Source: Macrostomum lignano (Eukaryota). Taken from it: a stretch of DNA of 64,000 nucleotides. Both the position numbers and the translations under genes were made by a program. The stretch lies in assembly GCA_002269645.1 (NCBI GenBank), contig NIVC01000575.1, forward strand, positions 372,001 through 436,000, in the 5' to 3' direction. Shown piece after piece: positions 18,901 through 32,140 of this stretch; position 1 is the stretch's first letter; every line of letters begins with the position of its first letter. The notes under the pieces are model-generated. The model saw nothing but the letters and a program-made list of their open reading frames with translations. It ran no database searches and had not been told where the DNA came from.

Positions 18901-21900
18901 GGAACAGGATGATGGTTTCGTCGAGGTCCCAGACGAAGACGCGCTCCAGCTCGAAGCCCAGGCCTGGCGACGGGTTTGCCTTGCGGCTGGCCGCGACCCC
19001 GCCAGCAGCTCCGGTGCCGCCGATTTTGCCAGTCGACACCGCCGCCGACGAGGATTTGCCGCCAGACATTCGCGGCTTCTCGTCCTGCTCGCTGTTCAGG
19101 TCGCAGCTGGCCGAGTCCGAGCCAGCGGGAGACCCGCTGCCGCCTACAGCCGCAGATCCGACTGACTGATCCGAGGGCGGCGGCATGTCCAGCAGCTGGT
19201 AGGTCTGAGCAGCTGCGGCGGCTACTGCGGCCGCTGACTGATGCTGCTGCTGATGCTGGCTCTGATGTTGAGCCGGCGCCTGCTGCTGCTGCTGCTGCTG
19301 GTGATGCTGGGACTGCTGGTAGAGCGACGGGTAGTGCGGATAGTAGGCGGCATAGATGGAGTTGCGGTCGTAGTAGGCGAGGTCCTGCTGGGCACCGGGG
19401 TAGCCGGCATGGTGGGTCTGCTGGTAGCCGCTCGGGTAGCCTGCGTGGGCGGCCGCGGCCGCGGCGGCTGCTGCGGCGGCTGCGGCGGCTCCGGCCGCCG
19501 GCTGGCTATGGTGGTAGGCGGCAGCGGCGGCGGCCGACTGCAGGTAGGAGGCCGATGGCTGACTGCCGGGCTGGGATTTCAGATTTTTCACTGCGGGAGG
19601 GGATTTTTAAGAGTGATTGATGGATTGAAAGCGATGTGGAAGTTGGAAACTCCCAACAATGTGCTCATATCTTTGCACTCTTGCCTTTCTTTCCCCTCTC
19701 CTTACCCTCTTTTTCCCCTCTCCTGACCCTCTTCTTTCCCCTCTCCTAACCCTCTTCTTTCCCCTCTCCTTACCCTCTTCTTTCCCCTCTCCTTACCCTC
19801 TTCTTTCCCCTCTCCTTATCTTCTTCTTTCCCCTCTCCGCTATTTTGCCAGATTGCAAACTCAAACTCAAAAACCGACTCAAACAGTTTCGGGATTGCAC
19901 AGTTGGGTTTGCGGCTCAGTTTCCGATGCCATTTGCTTTGACCAGAATCGGCTGAACAAACACCGAGGATAAAAGGGGGCGGGTAGGAGATTCAGCACTT
20001 ATTCCTAGCACCAAACGCCAGCTTCCCCTGTCAGTGCAGAGTGGACGAATGGCCACTTCATTCTTCCCATGCAGTTCGACGACCGGCCAGAGGTGGGGGC
20101 TGGGTCAGCTGGAGAGATGAGGCAGCCCTTGTCCGTTGAAGTCCCGTCGGTCGGTAATCAGGGGATTTCATGCCGGGTGGCCCCAGGAGGGCCGGGAGCC
20201 GATATTTCCCACTGTTCTGGGATTTCGAAGCCAAGGTAAACAAATGCTGGCTTGGGGGCGCAGGCTACCGGATCCTTTGTCCGCTCCCGCTTTGAAGACC
20301 GGGCCAAGGTGACCTTGAGCGAGAATCTGGCATGGATATTTGCATTCAGTATGCTCGCGAGAAATCGGATTTTATCGAACGAATTTGTCTATGGCCAAAC
20401 ACCTGTCAGCGTCCCTGAACTTCAGTTGTCCATGGAATCTGGACTGACAGCTCGTCCCTAAATCCCTCATAATACTCTTGACAGAATGAGGCTGACAGCA
20501 GTGATTCAGTTTTTCTGCCACTGTTTCTGCTGGACTTGTTGGCACGATTAAATATGAAAATTTAAACAAATATTTGTCAAAAATGTTTGCGAAACCAGTT
20601 TATGGATTTCCAAATTTTTATTGGGATGCTAAATAGTTTAGAAAAAGTTTAGAAAAATTGGTCCAACCAAACCAGGGGTCGGCAAACTCCGACCCTCGGG
20701 TCTTTTGAACTTTACAATTCAAGGCCTGTGTCTCTTTTCTCCTCTCTCCTCTCCTCTCTTCTCTCACCTCCTCTTCTTTCCTCTCTTATCTCCTCTCTTA
20801 TCGGTTCTCTGCTCTTTTCTCTTCTTTTTTCTCTCCTCTTTGCTCTATTTCCTCCCCTTTCCTCTCATCTGCTCCCCACCCCAGTCATAAACAAGGTTTC
20901 CGACAAATTTATAAATTCAATAATCCAGATTTTCGTTTGATTTCTCCTTGGCGGCGCCGACTAAAGAAAGATGGAAGCTGACTTCCCCTCGTTTAGCCCC
21001 CCCCCCATCAACCCTAAGCTGTCGTCGGGTCGTCAGAATCGTGTCTTTGGGAATTGGCAAGAGCGAGCGGGGATGCCGATGGGGCGGCGGTGTGGAAAGC
21101 TGAAAAAAGGCGAAATTACCCCAAGCATCTTCTGGCCATGTAGTCAGCGATTAGGGAAATGGGACAAAGTCGTGGGAAGATTCTCTCTCAAACGAAATGA
21201 GAGATTAGGGTTCGATTGGCGATAAAATCGACTATTCACATGGTCTGTCTTTAGAGAGGCTGCTCTTTTTACTGTTTCACACCTGGGATTGGGATTCGGT
21301 AGAATTGGATTTTGTAGAATTGGGATGCTTGAAATTGGGATGCTTGAAATTGGGATGCTTGAAATTGGGATGCTTGAAATTGGGATGCTTGAAATTGGGA
21401 TTTCTTATAATTGGGATTTCTTATAATTGGGATTTCTTAGATAAGGGATTCAGTCTCACTCTCAGCAGTAGGGTAGAGCCAGAGCTACTCACTCTCAGCA
21501 GTGGGGTAGAGCCGGAGCTACTCACTCTCAGCAGTGGGGTAGAGCCAGAGCTACTCACTCTCAGCAGTGGGGTAGAGCCAGAGCTACTCACTCTCAGCAG
21601 TGGGGTAGAGCCAGAGCTACTCACTCTCAGCAGTGGGGTAGAGCCGGAGCTACTCACTCTCAGCAGTGGGGTAGAGCCGGAGCTACTCACTCTCAGCAGT
21701 GGGGTAGAGCCGGAGCTACTCACTCTCAGCAGTGGGGTAGAGCCAGAGCTACTCACTCTCAGCAGTGGGGTAGAGCCAGAGCTACTCACTCTCAGCAGTG
21801 GGGTAGAGCCAGTACTCACTCTCAGCAGTGGGGTAGAGCCACAGCTACTCACTCTCAGCAGTGGGGTAGAGCCGGAGCTACTCACTCTCAGCAGTGGGGT

Positions 21901-22114
21901 AGAGCCGGAGCTACTCACTCTCAGCAGTGGGGTAGAGCCGGAGCTACTCACTCTCAGCAGTGGGGTAGAGCCAGAGCTACTCACTCTCAGCAGTGGGGTA
22001 GAGCCAGAGCTACTCACTCTCAGCAGTGGGGTAGAGCCAGTACTCACTCTCAGCAGTGGGGTAGAGCCCACCGAACGATCCGTAGATGCTGCTGGCGGTT
22101 GCCGGGGCGAACAT
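12910..22114 (-). CDS. eya: Eyes absent (EYA) HAD-family phosphatase / SIX co-activator, ~500-508 aa; complement(join(12910..13328,16718..17027,18860..19590,22048 or 22072..22114))
   Basis: EYA domain motifs: [14 protein letters not shown] (HAD motif I), [88 protein letters not shown]-rich N-terminus. Intron phases 1,0,1 are consistent, and an in-frame stop lies upstream of ATG 22114. The first coding exon is less certain than the other three. Confidence 0.93.
13585..14095. repeat. 142-bp tandem repeat, ~3.6 copies, EYA last intron
   Basis: Near-identical ORF starts at 13627, 13769 and 13911 (spacing 142); partial fourth copy from ~14053. Confidence 0.95.
14770..15345. repeat. 12-bp tacttcccgatc minisatellite
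   Basis: Direct inspection; EYA intron 3. Confidence 0.95.
16110..16670. repeat. CT-rich 15-bp ctcatccctctcctt minisatellite
   Basis: Direct inspection; EYA intron 3 near the donor. Confidence 0.9.
17060..17700. repeat. CT-rich ~30-bp ctctctatctctcaccgatctctctccctg minisatellite
   Basis: Direct inspection; EYA intron 2 near the acceptor. Confidence 0.9.
18407..18850. repeat. 33-bp minisatellite (~13 copies) starting ~10 nt after the EYA exon 2 donor
   Basis: Unit ctgtgagagtcaggctggagatgcagggagcgg. Confidence 0.97.
19685..19830. repeat. CT-rich ~23-bp tandem repeat
   Basis: ttcccctctccttaccctcttct, about 6 copies. Confidence 0.8.
20673..20890. mobile_element. hAT-like non-autonomous element: left TIR plus CT-rich body
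   Basis: caggggtcggcaaact (20673-20688) matches the recalled MER58/Charlie-type terminus CAGGGGTCGGCAAAC. A CT-rich tract follows; the right end is unclear. Confidence 0.55.
21320..21430. repeat. 15-bp gaaattgggatgctt tandem repeat
   Basis: Five near-perfect plus degenerate copies. Confidence 0.85.
21452..22068. repeat. 33-bp minisatellite (~19 copies) spanning the EYA exon 1/intron 1 junction
   Basis: Unit ctcagcagtggggtagagccagagctactcact; two 30-bp variants. Confidence 0.97.
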
Positions 22115-22719
22115 GTCCGTCTGCCTGTCTGTTGCCAGTCAGTACTCAAAGCTCTCTGAGCAGGTCTCCGTCTGTCGGCTCTTCCAGCTGAAATGAAGCG
22201 ATGATGACGGAGATGAAGTTATACAAAAATATTACCAACTCATTAACGCATGAGTCAGTTGGTTCAATCTAAACGAACAACTAACAAGCTGAGCACGTGG
22301 TCTCGACACACTTGAGAACTGGGCGCAGAAAAAGATCCCCCGCTGTGATAGGATGGGGAAAATTATCCCTCCATCCACTGCCTCCCCCACCCCCAGCACA
22401 ATGAAATCTTTAGCAACGATAAAAAAGAAAAGAAAGACTGAGAAGCAGGGGGTGGAGCAGGTCGCGTGCCGAAGGGAGGACGCAACAAAGGAAACACGAA
22501 CTCAAGCAGGCGCGCAAAGACAATGCAAATGGCGATAATCAGCGAATGCGATAAATTGTTCTGATTAAGTAAAACAGCAGATGAGACCCTTGTGGCTTTC
22601 TGAGAGACAACCTGAGAAAGGTTCTCTCTATGAATTAGTGTCTGTCTTAGTCTTTCTGAGAGAGAACCAGTCTCTTGCCTTGAACTATTTGAAACGTTGG
22701 AATGAGTAGCTAAATGCAA

Positions 22720-23136
22720 ACTAATGCAGGTACTAATGCAGACACTAACAAAGACACTAATAAAGACACTACTGCAGACACTAATGCAGACACTGAGACA
22801 CAGTGTCTCTGGCACTGACACAGGCACTGACACAGGCACTGACACAGGCACTGACACAGGCACTGACACAGGCACTGACACAGGCACTGACACAGGCACT
22901 GACACAGGCACTGACACAGGCACTGACACAGGCACTGACACAGGCACTGACACAGGCACTGACACAGGCACTGACACAGGCACTGACACAGGCACTGACA
23001 CAGGCACTGACACAGGCACTGACACAGGCACTGACACAGGCACTGACACAGGCACTGACACAGGCACTGACACAGGCACTGACACAGGCACTGACACAGG
23101 CACTGACACAGACACTGACACAGGCACTGACACAGG
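22720..23136. repeat. 12-bp ggcactgacaca array with a degenerate gacactaa(t/c)(g/a)ca flank
   Basis: Direct inspection. Confidence 0.95.
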
Positions 23137-23694
23137 CCAAAATGGCACTCGAGGGAGTCGAACGCAGCAGGGACTGGGAAGGGAAATTGTGGGTGTAGGA
23201 TTTCAAGCCAGTTGCTAATGACGATGCAAACGCTCGCCGGAGCCTCGCCTCTCTCGACTGGGATCGATATTTTATTAGTGATTGATTGAATAAACGAGCC
23301 ACTTGAACAGAATAGAGAACTAGGGAAACTCCACAATCGTTAATAAGATCCCCAAATTCGCCCAGAGCAACAGCACCCCCCCAAACCCTGCAACAATGAA
23401 GCTCTGGCTCGCACGCAATGTCTATTTATTTTTCCAACCAATTAACCAGTTTAGTAGGCGGGCACTTGAGACACTTGCCTAACAATAAATGGACGATTTG
23501 AACGCAAAAATATAGTGTGTTTGAACAGCACGCAACTGTGTTATATAGGCACCACTTTAACCATTTGTGTAGAGACGCTAGGAGGGAGGTATATCTTTAC
23601 AGCATGGAGCCAGTATTGTGCTTGCGCAATGGTGCCTGAGAGACAAGTGGCCAGGACAATCGAGCCTTTTGCGGCCTGTCCCATTGCCTGCCTT

Positions 23695-24325
23695 TGTGTC
23701 TGTCTTAGTGTCTGCCTTAGTGTCTGCCTTATAGTGTCTGTGTTAGTGTCTGTGTTAGTGTCTTTGTTAGTGTCTGCCTTTGTGTCTGCCTTATTGTCTG
23801 CCTGTCTGTCTTTGTGTCTGCCTTTGTGTCTGCCTTATTGTCTGCCTGTCTGTCTTAGTGTCTGTGTCTGTGTTAGTGTTAGTGTTAGTGTCTGTGTTAG
23901 TGTCTGTGTTAGTGTCTGTGTTAGTGTCTGTTAGTGTCTGTGTTAGTGTCTGTGTTAGTGTCTGTTAGTGTCTGCCTTAGTGTCTGTGTTAGTGTCTGTG
24001 TTAGTGTCTGTTAGTGTCTGTGTTAGTGTCTGTGTTAGTGTCTGTTAGTGTCTGCCTTAGTGTCTGCCTTAGTGTCTGCCTTAGTGTCTGCCTTATTGTC
24101 TGCCTGTCTGTCTTTGTGTCTGCCTTTGTGTCTGCCTTATTGTCTGCCTGTCTGTCTTAGTGTCTGTGTCTGTGTTAGTGTTAGTGTTAGTGTCTGTGTT
24201 AGTGTCTGTGTTAGTGTCTGTGTTAGTGTCTGTTAGTGTCTGTGTTAGTGTCTGTGTTAGTGTCTGTTAGTGTCTGCCTTAGTGTCTGCCTTAGTGTCTG
24301 CCTTAGTGTCTGCCTTAGTGTCTGC
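23695..24325. repeat. 12-bp ttagtgtctg(tg/cc) array, inverted relative of the 22720-23136 array
   Basis: Reverse complement cagacactaacaaagacactaa matches 22739-22760. Confidence 0.92.
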
Positions 24326-24869
24326 CATGTACTAACACCGGTTTCCAAGAAATCCAAATGCTTTCTGTATCGCTCTTCACCCAGAGAAAACCCGTTTCGA
24401 AACCCGATGCTCTCCTTGATCATTTCCGCTCCCCATCCAATCCATGCCAGTTCACGCCAAGCTCGAAGAGTCTGCTGCACCAGTTTTCGGAGATCTGGTG
24501 CATTGAGTTCTACGGCTTGCCTTCTTCGAGTATTATAATGGAGTAATATAGGGGGAGGGGCCGGAGTGAACAAGCTGGTGAAAAATAACTTGGCTTGAAG
24601 GCTCGGGTTACAAGCATTTACTGTCGGTCCTGACTGCACTGGAATGTGTGAGCCAGGATGTTTGTGTACGCCCCACTGTGTAGTGAAAGTATTGCTTGAA
24701 ATTCGTACTCTCGGCTCTCTGTATGTATGAATATTAGCGCTTACTTGGGCTGTGTAACACGATATTGCTTGCCACTAGACCGGTTCCTTGCAGCAAAACA
24801 CGCTGATGTTTTATCATACTAAACTGTTCTCCCCTCTGCCGCATGCTTGCCCCTTCCATGTTCAGCCAT

Positions 24870-25332
<463 letters not shown>

Positions 25333-26269
25333 CTGTATGCGTAGTGCTAACTAAAGCCAGCAGATCTTTTATTTCCACCCAAACAATCCCACACTCTTGT
25401 CTGGTCTCAGCTGTTCCTTCTCAATATTTCTTCAGCTCTCTATCAGAAGAATCGCACCCCTTGAAACCGGCTACCGGGCACGTCGCGTGAGGAAGTGAGA
25501 AGCCGAGAAAAACAGGATGGTTTGATAAATTCCTCAAAATATGAATGAATAGATTGCAACTCAATTTCACCTATCTTTGTGAATTTTATAAGCTTGAAAT
25601 TCGAAAATCAGAAGCAGATTGAGTAAAAGAGACTTCTGTCCATATGCGACACGGGAGCCATGCGGACAGGCAGACAGACAGACTCTCGCACCAACTGTGC
25701 TCAACTGTTTGAGCAGGCAAAGAAAAACAGCCCCCCCCCCAACGATTTAACCCGTCTTCATGGCTCTCAGTTTTCCCAGTTGAGAACAAATCCCTGACTG
25801 AGTTGCTCAAAGCTCGGCAAACTTCTGTGTTGACACGGCGGAGCTGGGGGTGGACAGGGAGAATGGGAGGGGGGGGAGCGAAGAACAAGCGGTCCGCACA
25901 GATTGGCAAAGTGGAGTCAGATTTCCCCAACCGCTGCCTCTCGCGTGCCTGCCCTCCCGATTCCTTTTGCGTGTGTCGCGTTGCTTTTTCTGCCTTTTCA
26001 AAATCAACTCTGCCGAGCCGCAAGAGGGAGAAGAAGACGGCTCTCAAACATAAGCTAGGCTAGCCCTAGCGCATACTAGCTCCAATCTCAGTGAGCTAAA
26101 ATGATTGATAAAAATCCTTAAATATGGTTAGATTGATTTGTCTTTTTGACTTGGATCAGATCGAATTGTTTTGTTAACTTGAAGTTGAGTGGTTGATTTT
26201 GTTTATAATGGACATTTGTAATGATTGCTTTTTTCAAAATGGATTTTTTAACGTTTGAAACAGCCTGTG

Positions 26270-27073
26270 AAGCTTCGGGGTTCATGAACTGAAGTTTCGG
26301 GGTTCATGAACTGAAGTTTCGGGGTTCATGAAATGGAGTTTCGGGGTTCATGAAATGAAGTTTCGGGGTTCATGAAATGGAGTTTCGAGATTCATGAAAT
26401 GGAGTTTCGGGGTTCATGAAATGGAGTTTCGAGATTCATGAAATGAAGTTTCGGTGTTCATGAAATGGAGTTTCGAGATTCATGAAATGAAGTTTCGGGG
26501 TTCATGAAATGGAGTTTCGGGGTTCATGAAATGAAGTTTCGGGGTTCATGAAATGAAGTTTCGGGGTTCATGAAATGAAGTTTCGAGATTCATGAAATGA
26601 AGTTTCGGGATTCATGGACTGAAGTTTCGGGATTCATGGACTGAAGTTTCGGGGTTCATGGACTGAAGTTTCGGGATTTATGAACTAAAGTTTCGGGATT
26701 CATGGACTGAAGTTTCGGGATTCATGGACTGAAGTTTCGGGATTCATGGACTGAAGTTTCGGGATTCATGGATTGAAGTTTCAGGATTCATGGACTGAAG
26801 TTTCAGGGTTCATGGACTGAAGTTTCAGGATTCATGGACTGAAGTTTCAGGATTCATGGACTGAATTTTCGGGATTCATGGACTGAAGTTTCAGGATTCA
26901 TGGACTGAAGTTTCGGGATTCATGGACTGAAGTTTCGGGATTCATGGACTGAAGTTTCAGGATTCATGGACTGAAGTTTCAGGATTCATGGATTGAAGTT
27001 TCAGGATTCATGGACTGAAGTTTCGGGATTCATGGACTGAAGTTTCGGGATTCATGGACTGAAGTTTCGGGAT
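26270..27073. repeat. 22-bp gaagtttcgggattcatggact minisatellite (~36 copies)
   Basis: Direct inspection; variants grade from left (ggggttcatgaaat) to right (ggattcatggact). Confidence 0.97.
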
Positions 27074-27616
27074 TCTTGATTCTCGCTCTGCTTCTTTGGG
27101 CCGACTCTCGTGAAAAGTTACATACTGCAGTTGGCGCACTACAAAAGCACCGAAGTCCTGTGGGTTGGGACCGCGGGGTGCAGGGTTGCTTCAATGCCAA
27201 CGCAGGGACAGTTGAACAAGCAACTCGCAACACAAAGAAAAATTGTGTCAGCGCAGATACTGGGAGCACTCTGGGCAATGGCACAGCATGAAGAGTTGAT
27301 GGGGCTGAAGAGAGCTCATAATCCTCTTCCTCGCAGTCTCCCTGAGCCGCGGCGCGCGCTGCCTCCCTTCTTTGCTTTTGACGACGAAAAGAGACTGCAG
27401 AGACAAAGGTTTGAGGGGGAAACCCGACACCCGCTCGATACTGAGGGTGGCGGGGAGCTGCATGAGGCAGGGGAGGCAGCGACAGGGATGAGAGATCTCC
27501 GACTGGTCGCTGCGCATAGGTGCGGCTCAGGGGAGGCCCTGGGTCTGCAGGTGCATGATTAGGCATTGAGTGAGGGAGGCTGAGGATCGATCTGTGCTGA
27601 GCTGCATTTTGCTGGG

Positions 27617-28060
<444 letters not shown>

Positions 28061-28959
28061 GCAATCGCCGATGCAAGTAGCTCTATCTCAGGTGCAAATT
28101 GCACCTGTACGGAAGCTTCCGCCTTTTTAGCAAAATGGTGAATTTCTCCTCCACTGTTGATCGCAGCTCGGCCCCAGCAACCCGACAGTCAGTCATGGAC
28201 CACCGATTTCGCCCAAATTTGACTACCAATCAGCCACGCAGCAGATGCCTCTCAGTAAATAAATAATTGGTTGCCAACGCCTGCAGGAATCCCCGTGCAG
28301 CCCACTGCGGCCACTTATTAGCCAAGCCATCGCCGGGCAGTTGCGCAACCGGAGGTGTGCAGAATCGAATTGCACTCCCATTGTAAATGTGCCAGTGCAT
28401 TAACTAATAGGGCTGGGCGCCATGGTGATAAGCAATCTGCAAATTAGCTAATTGACACCTTGGAGAATGCCTGTCTATGGTTCTGACACCTGGGCTCACC
28501 TGGGCGGGGGTCCCTCTTGCCGGTTGGTCTCGCAACACCTTGGTGGGAATCCGTTTATTAAATTTTATTTAATTCTACACCCCGAAGATTAGAATTACAG
28601 TGTCACCCGAACTCCAGAGTGGGGCTTGGACTCCAATCCCCGCCTCGAGGGCAGAATTCAATCTGGCTGCTCAGAATTTTGACTGTCAACTAAATTTTAG
28701 AGATCGAATTCGTTTAAATGGTTCGCTAGTTATGGAGCAATTAATTCATTGTGTTGAATTTCTTGCCAAGTGAAACTTATTTTGGCTTCTTGATCCCAGA
28801 GAATCAGGAGCTGAAATTCCCACATCCCAAATAGTCAAAGTCTCAAAAATATCGCAGGTCTCATGAATCTAGAACTAAATTTCTCAGATTCCTAAATTCC
28901 ACATCCCAAAGATCCTACGGCCACTTTCCAAGAAGTTAATATTCTAGGATTCTGAGTCT

Positions 28960-29720
28960 CAGGATCCCAGATCCTTTAAATCCCAGATCCTTTAAATCCC
29001 AGATCCTTTAAATCCCAGATCCTTTAAATCCCAGATCCTTTAAATCCCAGATCCTTTAAATCCCAGATCCTTTAAATCCCAGATCCTTTAAATCCCAGAT
29101 CCTTTAAATCCCAGATCCTTTAAATCCCAGATCCCAATGGCCCATATTTATCTAGATGCAAATCCCAGATCCCGATGGTCTCAGATTTATCTAGATGCAG
29201 ATCCCAGATCCAGATGGTCCCAGATTTATCTAGATACAGATCCCAGATCCCAATGGCCCCAGATTTTTCTAGATACAGATCCCAAATCCTTTAAATCCCA
29301 AATCCTTTAAATCCCAGATCCTTTAAATCCCAGATCCTTTAGATCCCAGATCCCAATGGCCCAGATTTATCTACTAGATGCAAATCCCAGATCCCGATGG
29401 CTTTAGATTTATCTAGATACAGATCCCAGATCATAATGGTCCCAGATTTATCTAGATACAAATCCCAGATCCCGGTGGTCCCAGATTTATCTAGATACAG
29501 ATCCCAGATCCCAATGGCCCCAGATTTTTCTAGATACAGATCTTAGATCCTTTAAATCCCAGATCCCAATGGCCCAGATTTATCTAGATACAGATCCCAG
29601 ATCCCGATGGTCCTAGATTTATCTAGATACAGATCCCAGATCCCTATATTCCCAGATTTATCTAGATACAGATCCCAGATCCCAATGGTTCCATATTTAT
29701 CTAGATGCAGATCCCAGATC
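28960..29720. repeat. Compound array: 16-bp cccagatcctttaaat units plus ~37-40-bp agatcccagatcccaatggtcccagatttatctagatac units
   Basis: Direct inspection. Confidence 0.92.
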
Positions 29721-30605
29721 TCAGGTTCGATCCCAAAAATGACTGATTATTTTATGAATTTTAGGGGGACCATAAGTGGTGTTGCTTATCAAAATTAAGC
29801 TTGGGTCAGTGGAAAACTTCTTCTTAATCCCCGCAGTCACCTTTCCCTGTAAGGCCCACTGCAGTGCAAAGAATTTAAGCCAGAACAGCACAGCTTATCT
29901 ACATTGAGAAATCGTGCCTCGCAGTCCAGCAACGCCAAAACTTCGAGGGCCAGACGGAATGGACAAGAAGAGGTCGGTCACCTGCTGCTACCTGTTTACA
30001 GCTTGGGGATAACTTGTCTTTGAGGATGCGGACGGGCAAATGGCGGCTGCCTGATGGAGAGAGAGAGGCCCAAGCTGGGGAAGATAAAGGCAAATAAACA
30101 AATTTTCGGGATTTTTTGAAAATCAGTTGTGTTCCACTCTGTGCGTGTGTTCCCTCACGGTGTCGGGGGTCCCCTCCTCAGCCGGGAACTGTAAACACAG
30201 TTGCCAAAAAGCATTGCGCCCAGGTAAGAAATCACAAGTGGCTTTGAAGGGGGGACTTCAGCTATGCAGTGCGGGTGCCTATGCCTCCCGTGCAGATGAA
30301 AGTGACATTTTTGAAGGATATTAATTAGTGGGAGCATATGCCAGCATAACTTAGGAACCCCCTCACTTCTGGAATGCGGAACGTCCGCATCTGTTGCTTC
30401 CTTGAAAATGCCTTTCGTTTCAATCGATTTTAATTAAGTTGGCTGTTGGAACCTCAGCTCAGCTATATATAAATGATACTTTACTTTAGACCTTAATTTC
30501 ATCTCCCGTTGCTTAAAACTGGAGCCAAACTTCGAGCTGTTTCACGGTATAAAATAAATTCAGGGTATTTTTGCAAGTCTGGTTGGTGGTCTTGTGAAGT
30601 TTAGA

Positions 30606-30865
30606 GGGGCCGTAGCTCAGCGGTCTGGCGCGGTGCTCTGATGTGCCAGCGGCCCAGGCTCGATTCCAAGTGCAGTCACATTAATTTGGGGCTAAACTGG
30701 AATTTCGGTATGGCTGTGCTTAGCCCCCAAGGCAAAGTGAAGTGTACATGCCTAATGTACACTCCTGTGTGTGTGCCTGTGCGTATGACTGCGTACGTAT
30801 CCGCGCGCTTGTGTGCTGCTCAGGGGAGTCGGCGGGAAGGGCAGTGCGCCAGGGGGCACAAAACA
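30606..30865 (+). mobile_element. tRNA-derived SINE (family A)
   Basis: Head ggggccgtagctcagcgg (A box TAGCTCAGCGG) and ggctcgattcc (B box); the body is homologous to 43535-43720. Confidence 0.7.
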
Positions 30866-30914
30866 CACTGCCTCTAATCTAAAAAATCATGTAAAATTTA
30901 TGGCGTCATGAAAG

Positions 30915-31172
30915 TGGATGCCCCTCTCCTCTCCCTTCTCTTCTCTCCCCTCCCTTCTCTCATCTCCTCTCCCCTTTCTTCTCTCCCTTATCTCCTCTCT
31001 CCTCTACCCTCTTCCCTCCTCTTATCTGGCAAACATAGCTCTTCTCTCATTCCATCTCTCGCCTCTCTTCTCCCCTCTCATCTCTATCTTCTCTTCCCTC
31101 TCCTTTCCTCTCGCAGCCATGAGCTGGATTCTATATCTGGCCTTTGAGGTAAAATACGTTTGGCAACCCCTG
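30915..31172. mobile_element. hAT-like non-autonomous element: CT-rich body plus right terminus
   Basis: agctggattctatatctggcctttgaggtaaaatacgtttggcaacccctg, homologous to 4770-4818. Confidence 0.5.
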
Positions 31173-31794
31173 TTTTAGGCGATGTGAAATTTCGGCCTTG
31201 TGAAAGCGCTCTCCTCCTTTCCAGGCCTCAGCTCTGGGCGTGGCGGCAGAACGAGTCTTTGTTGAGCGTGAACTGCTTGTTTCTGCTTGATCTTGCCGCC
31301 GACCCGAATGCGCAGACACGCAGCGCTTGTATGGCGGATGAGAGGGCCATGCAGGCAATATTTCATGTCAGGTCTCGAGACAGAAGCGGCGCTCTCACCG
31401 CGGAGAAGATATCGCTTGCATCCCAAAGTCCCAAGAGGGTCCGCCGTAAATTATGACACCTTTTTTTATGCCTTCGCTGGGAAAGCACGGTTGAAAGCTT
31501 AATTACCCTCTACAATACCTGTTCTTGCAGCGCTTCATTCAGAATCATTTCCCATGTGCATGGGGCATATTCCCATGAGCGTTAACTAATAGCGCAATTT
31601 CCTGCAGCATGTCAACACACAGCTAGTACCGCGTGTTAAGCGCGAAGTTGCGGCTGAACTGCATGGCCTGGAAGTTCGGCTGTGCGCATCAAGTACTTCT
31701 TTACAATTGCAAGCAATGATTTGGGTCTAGCGAGTTTGCTGACCTCCCAACAGCTGGCACTGTCTGACTGCCTGCCGTGACCCCCAGTAGCTGC

Positions 31795-32140
31795 TTGTGG
31801 GGCACTGTCCCCTCTCTGATAGCCTGCCGTGACCCCCAATAGCAAGCTGCTTGTGGGGCACTGTACCATAGCTGTTTGTGGGGGGGGGGGCACTGTCCCA
31901 TAGCTGTTTGTGGGGGGGGGCACTGTCCCATAGCTGTTTGTGGGGGGGGGCACTGTCCCATAGCTGTTTGTGTGGGGGGCACTGTCCCATAGCTGTTTGT
32001 GGGGGGGGGCACTGTCCCATAGCTGTTTGTGTGGGGGGCACTGTCCCATAGCTGTTTGTGGGGGGGGGCACTGTCCCATAGCTGTTTGTGGGGGGGCACT
32101 GTCCCATAGCTGTTTGTGGGGGTATGGGGGGGCACTGTCC
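31795..32140. repeat. ~29-bp gggggggcactgtcccatagctgtttgt minisatellite with variable G-runs
   Basis: Direct inspection. Confidence 0.95.

Noticed and set aside
27110-27562. 150-aa ORF between two arrays
   Set aside because: Starts at a non-ATG codon, has no recognisable motif and no convincing splice sites.
30606-30680. tRNA gene
   Set aside because: A and B boxes are present, but the acceptor and anticodon stems do not close and the downstream body is repeated elsewhere, so it is a SINE head.
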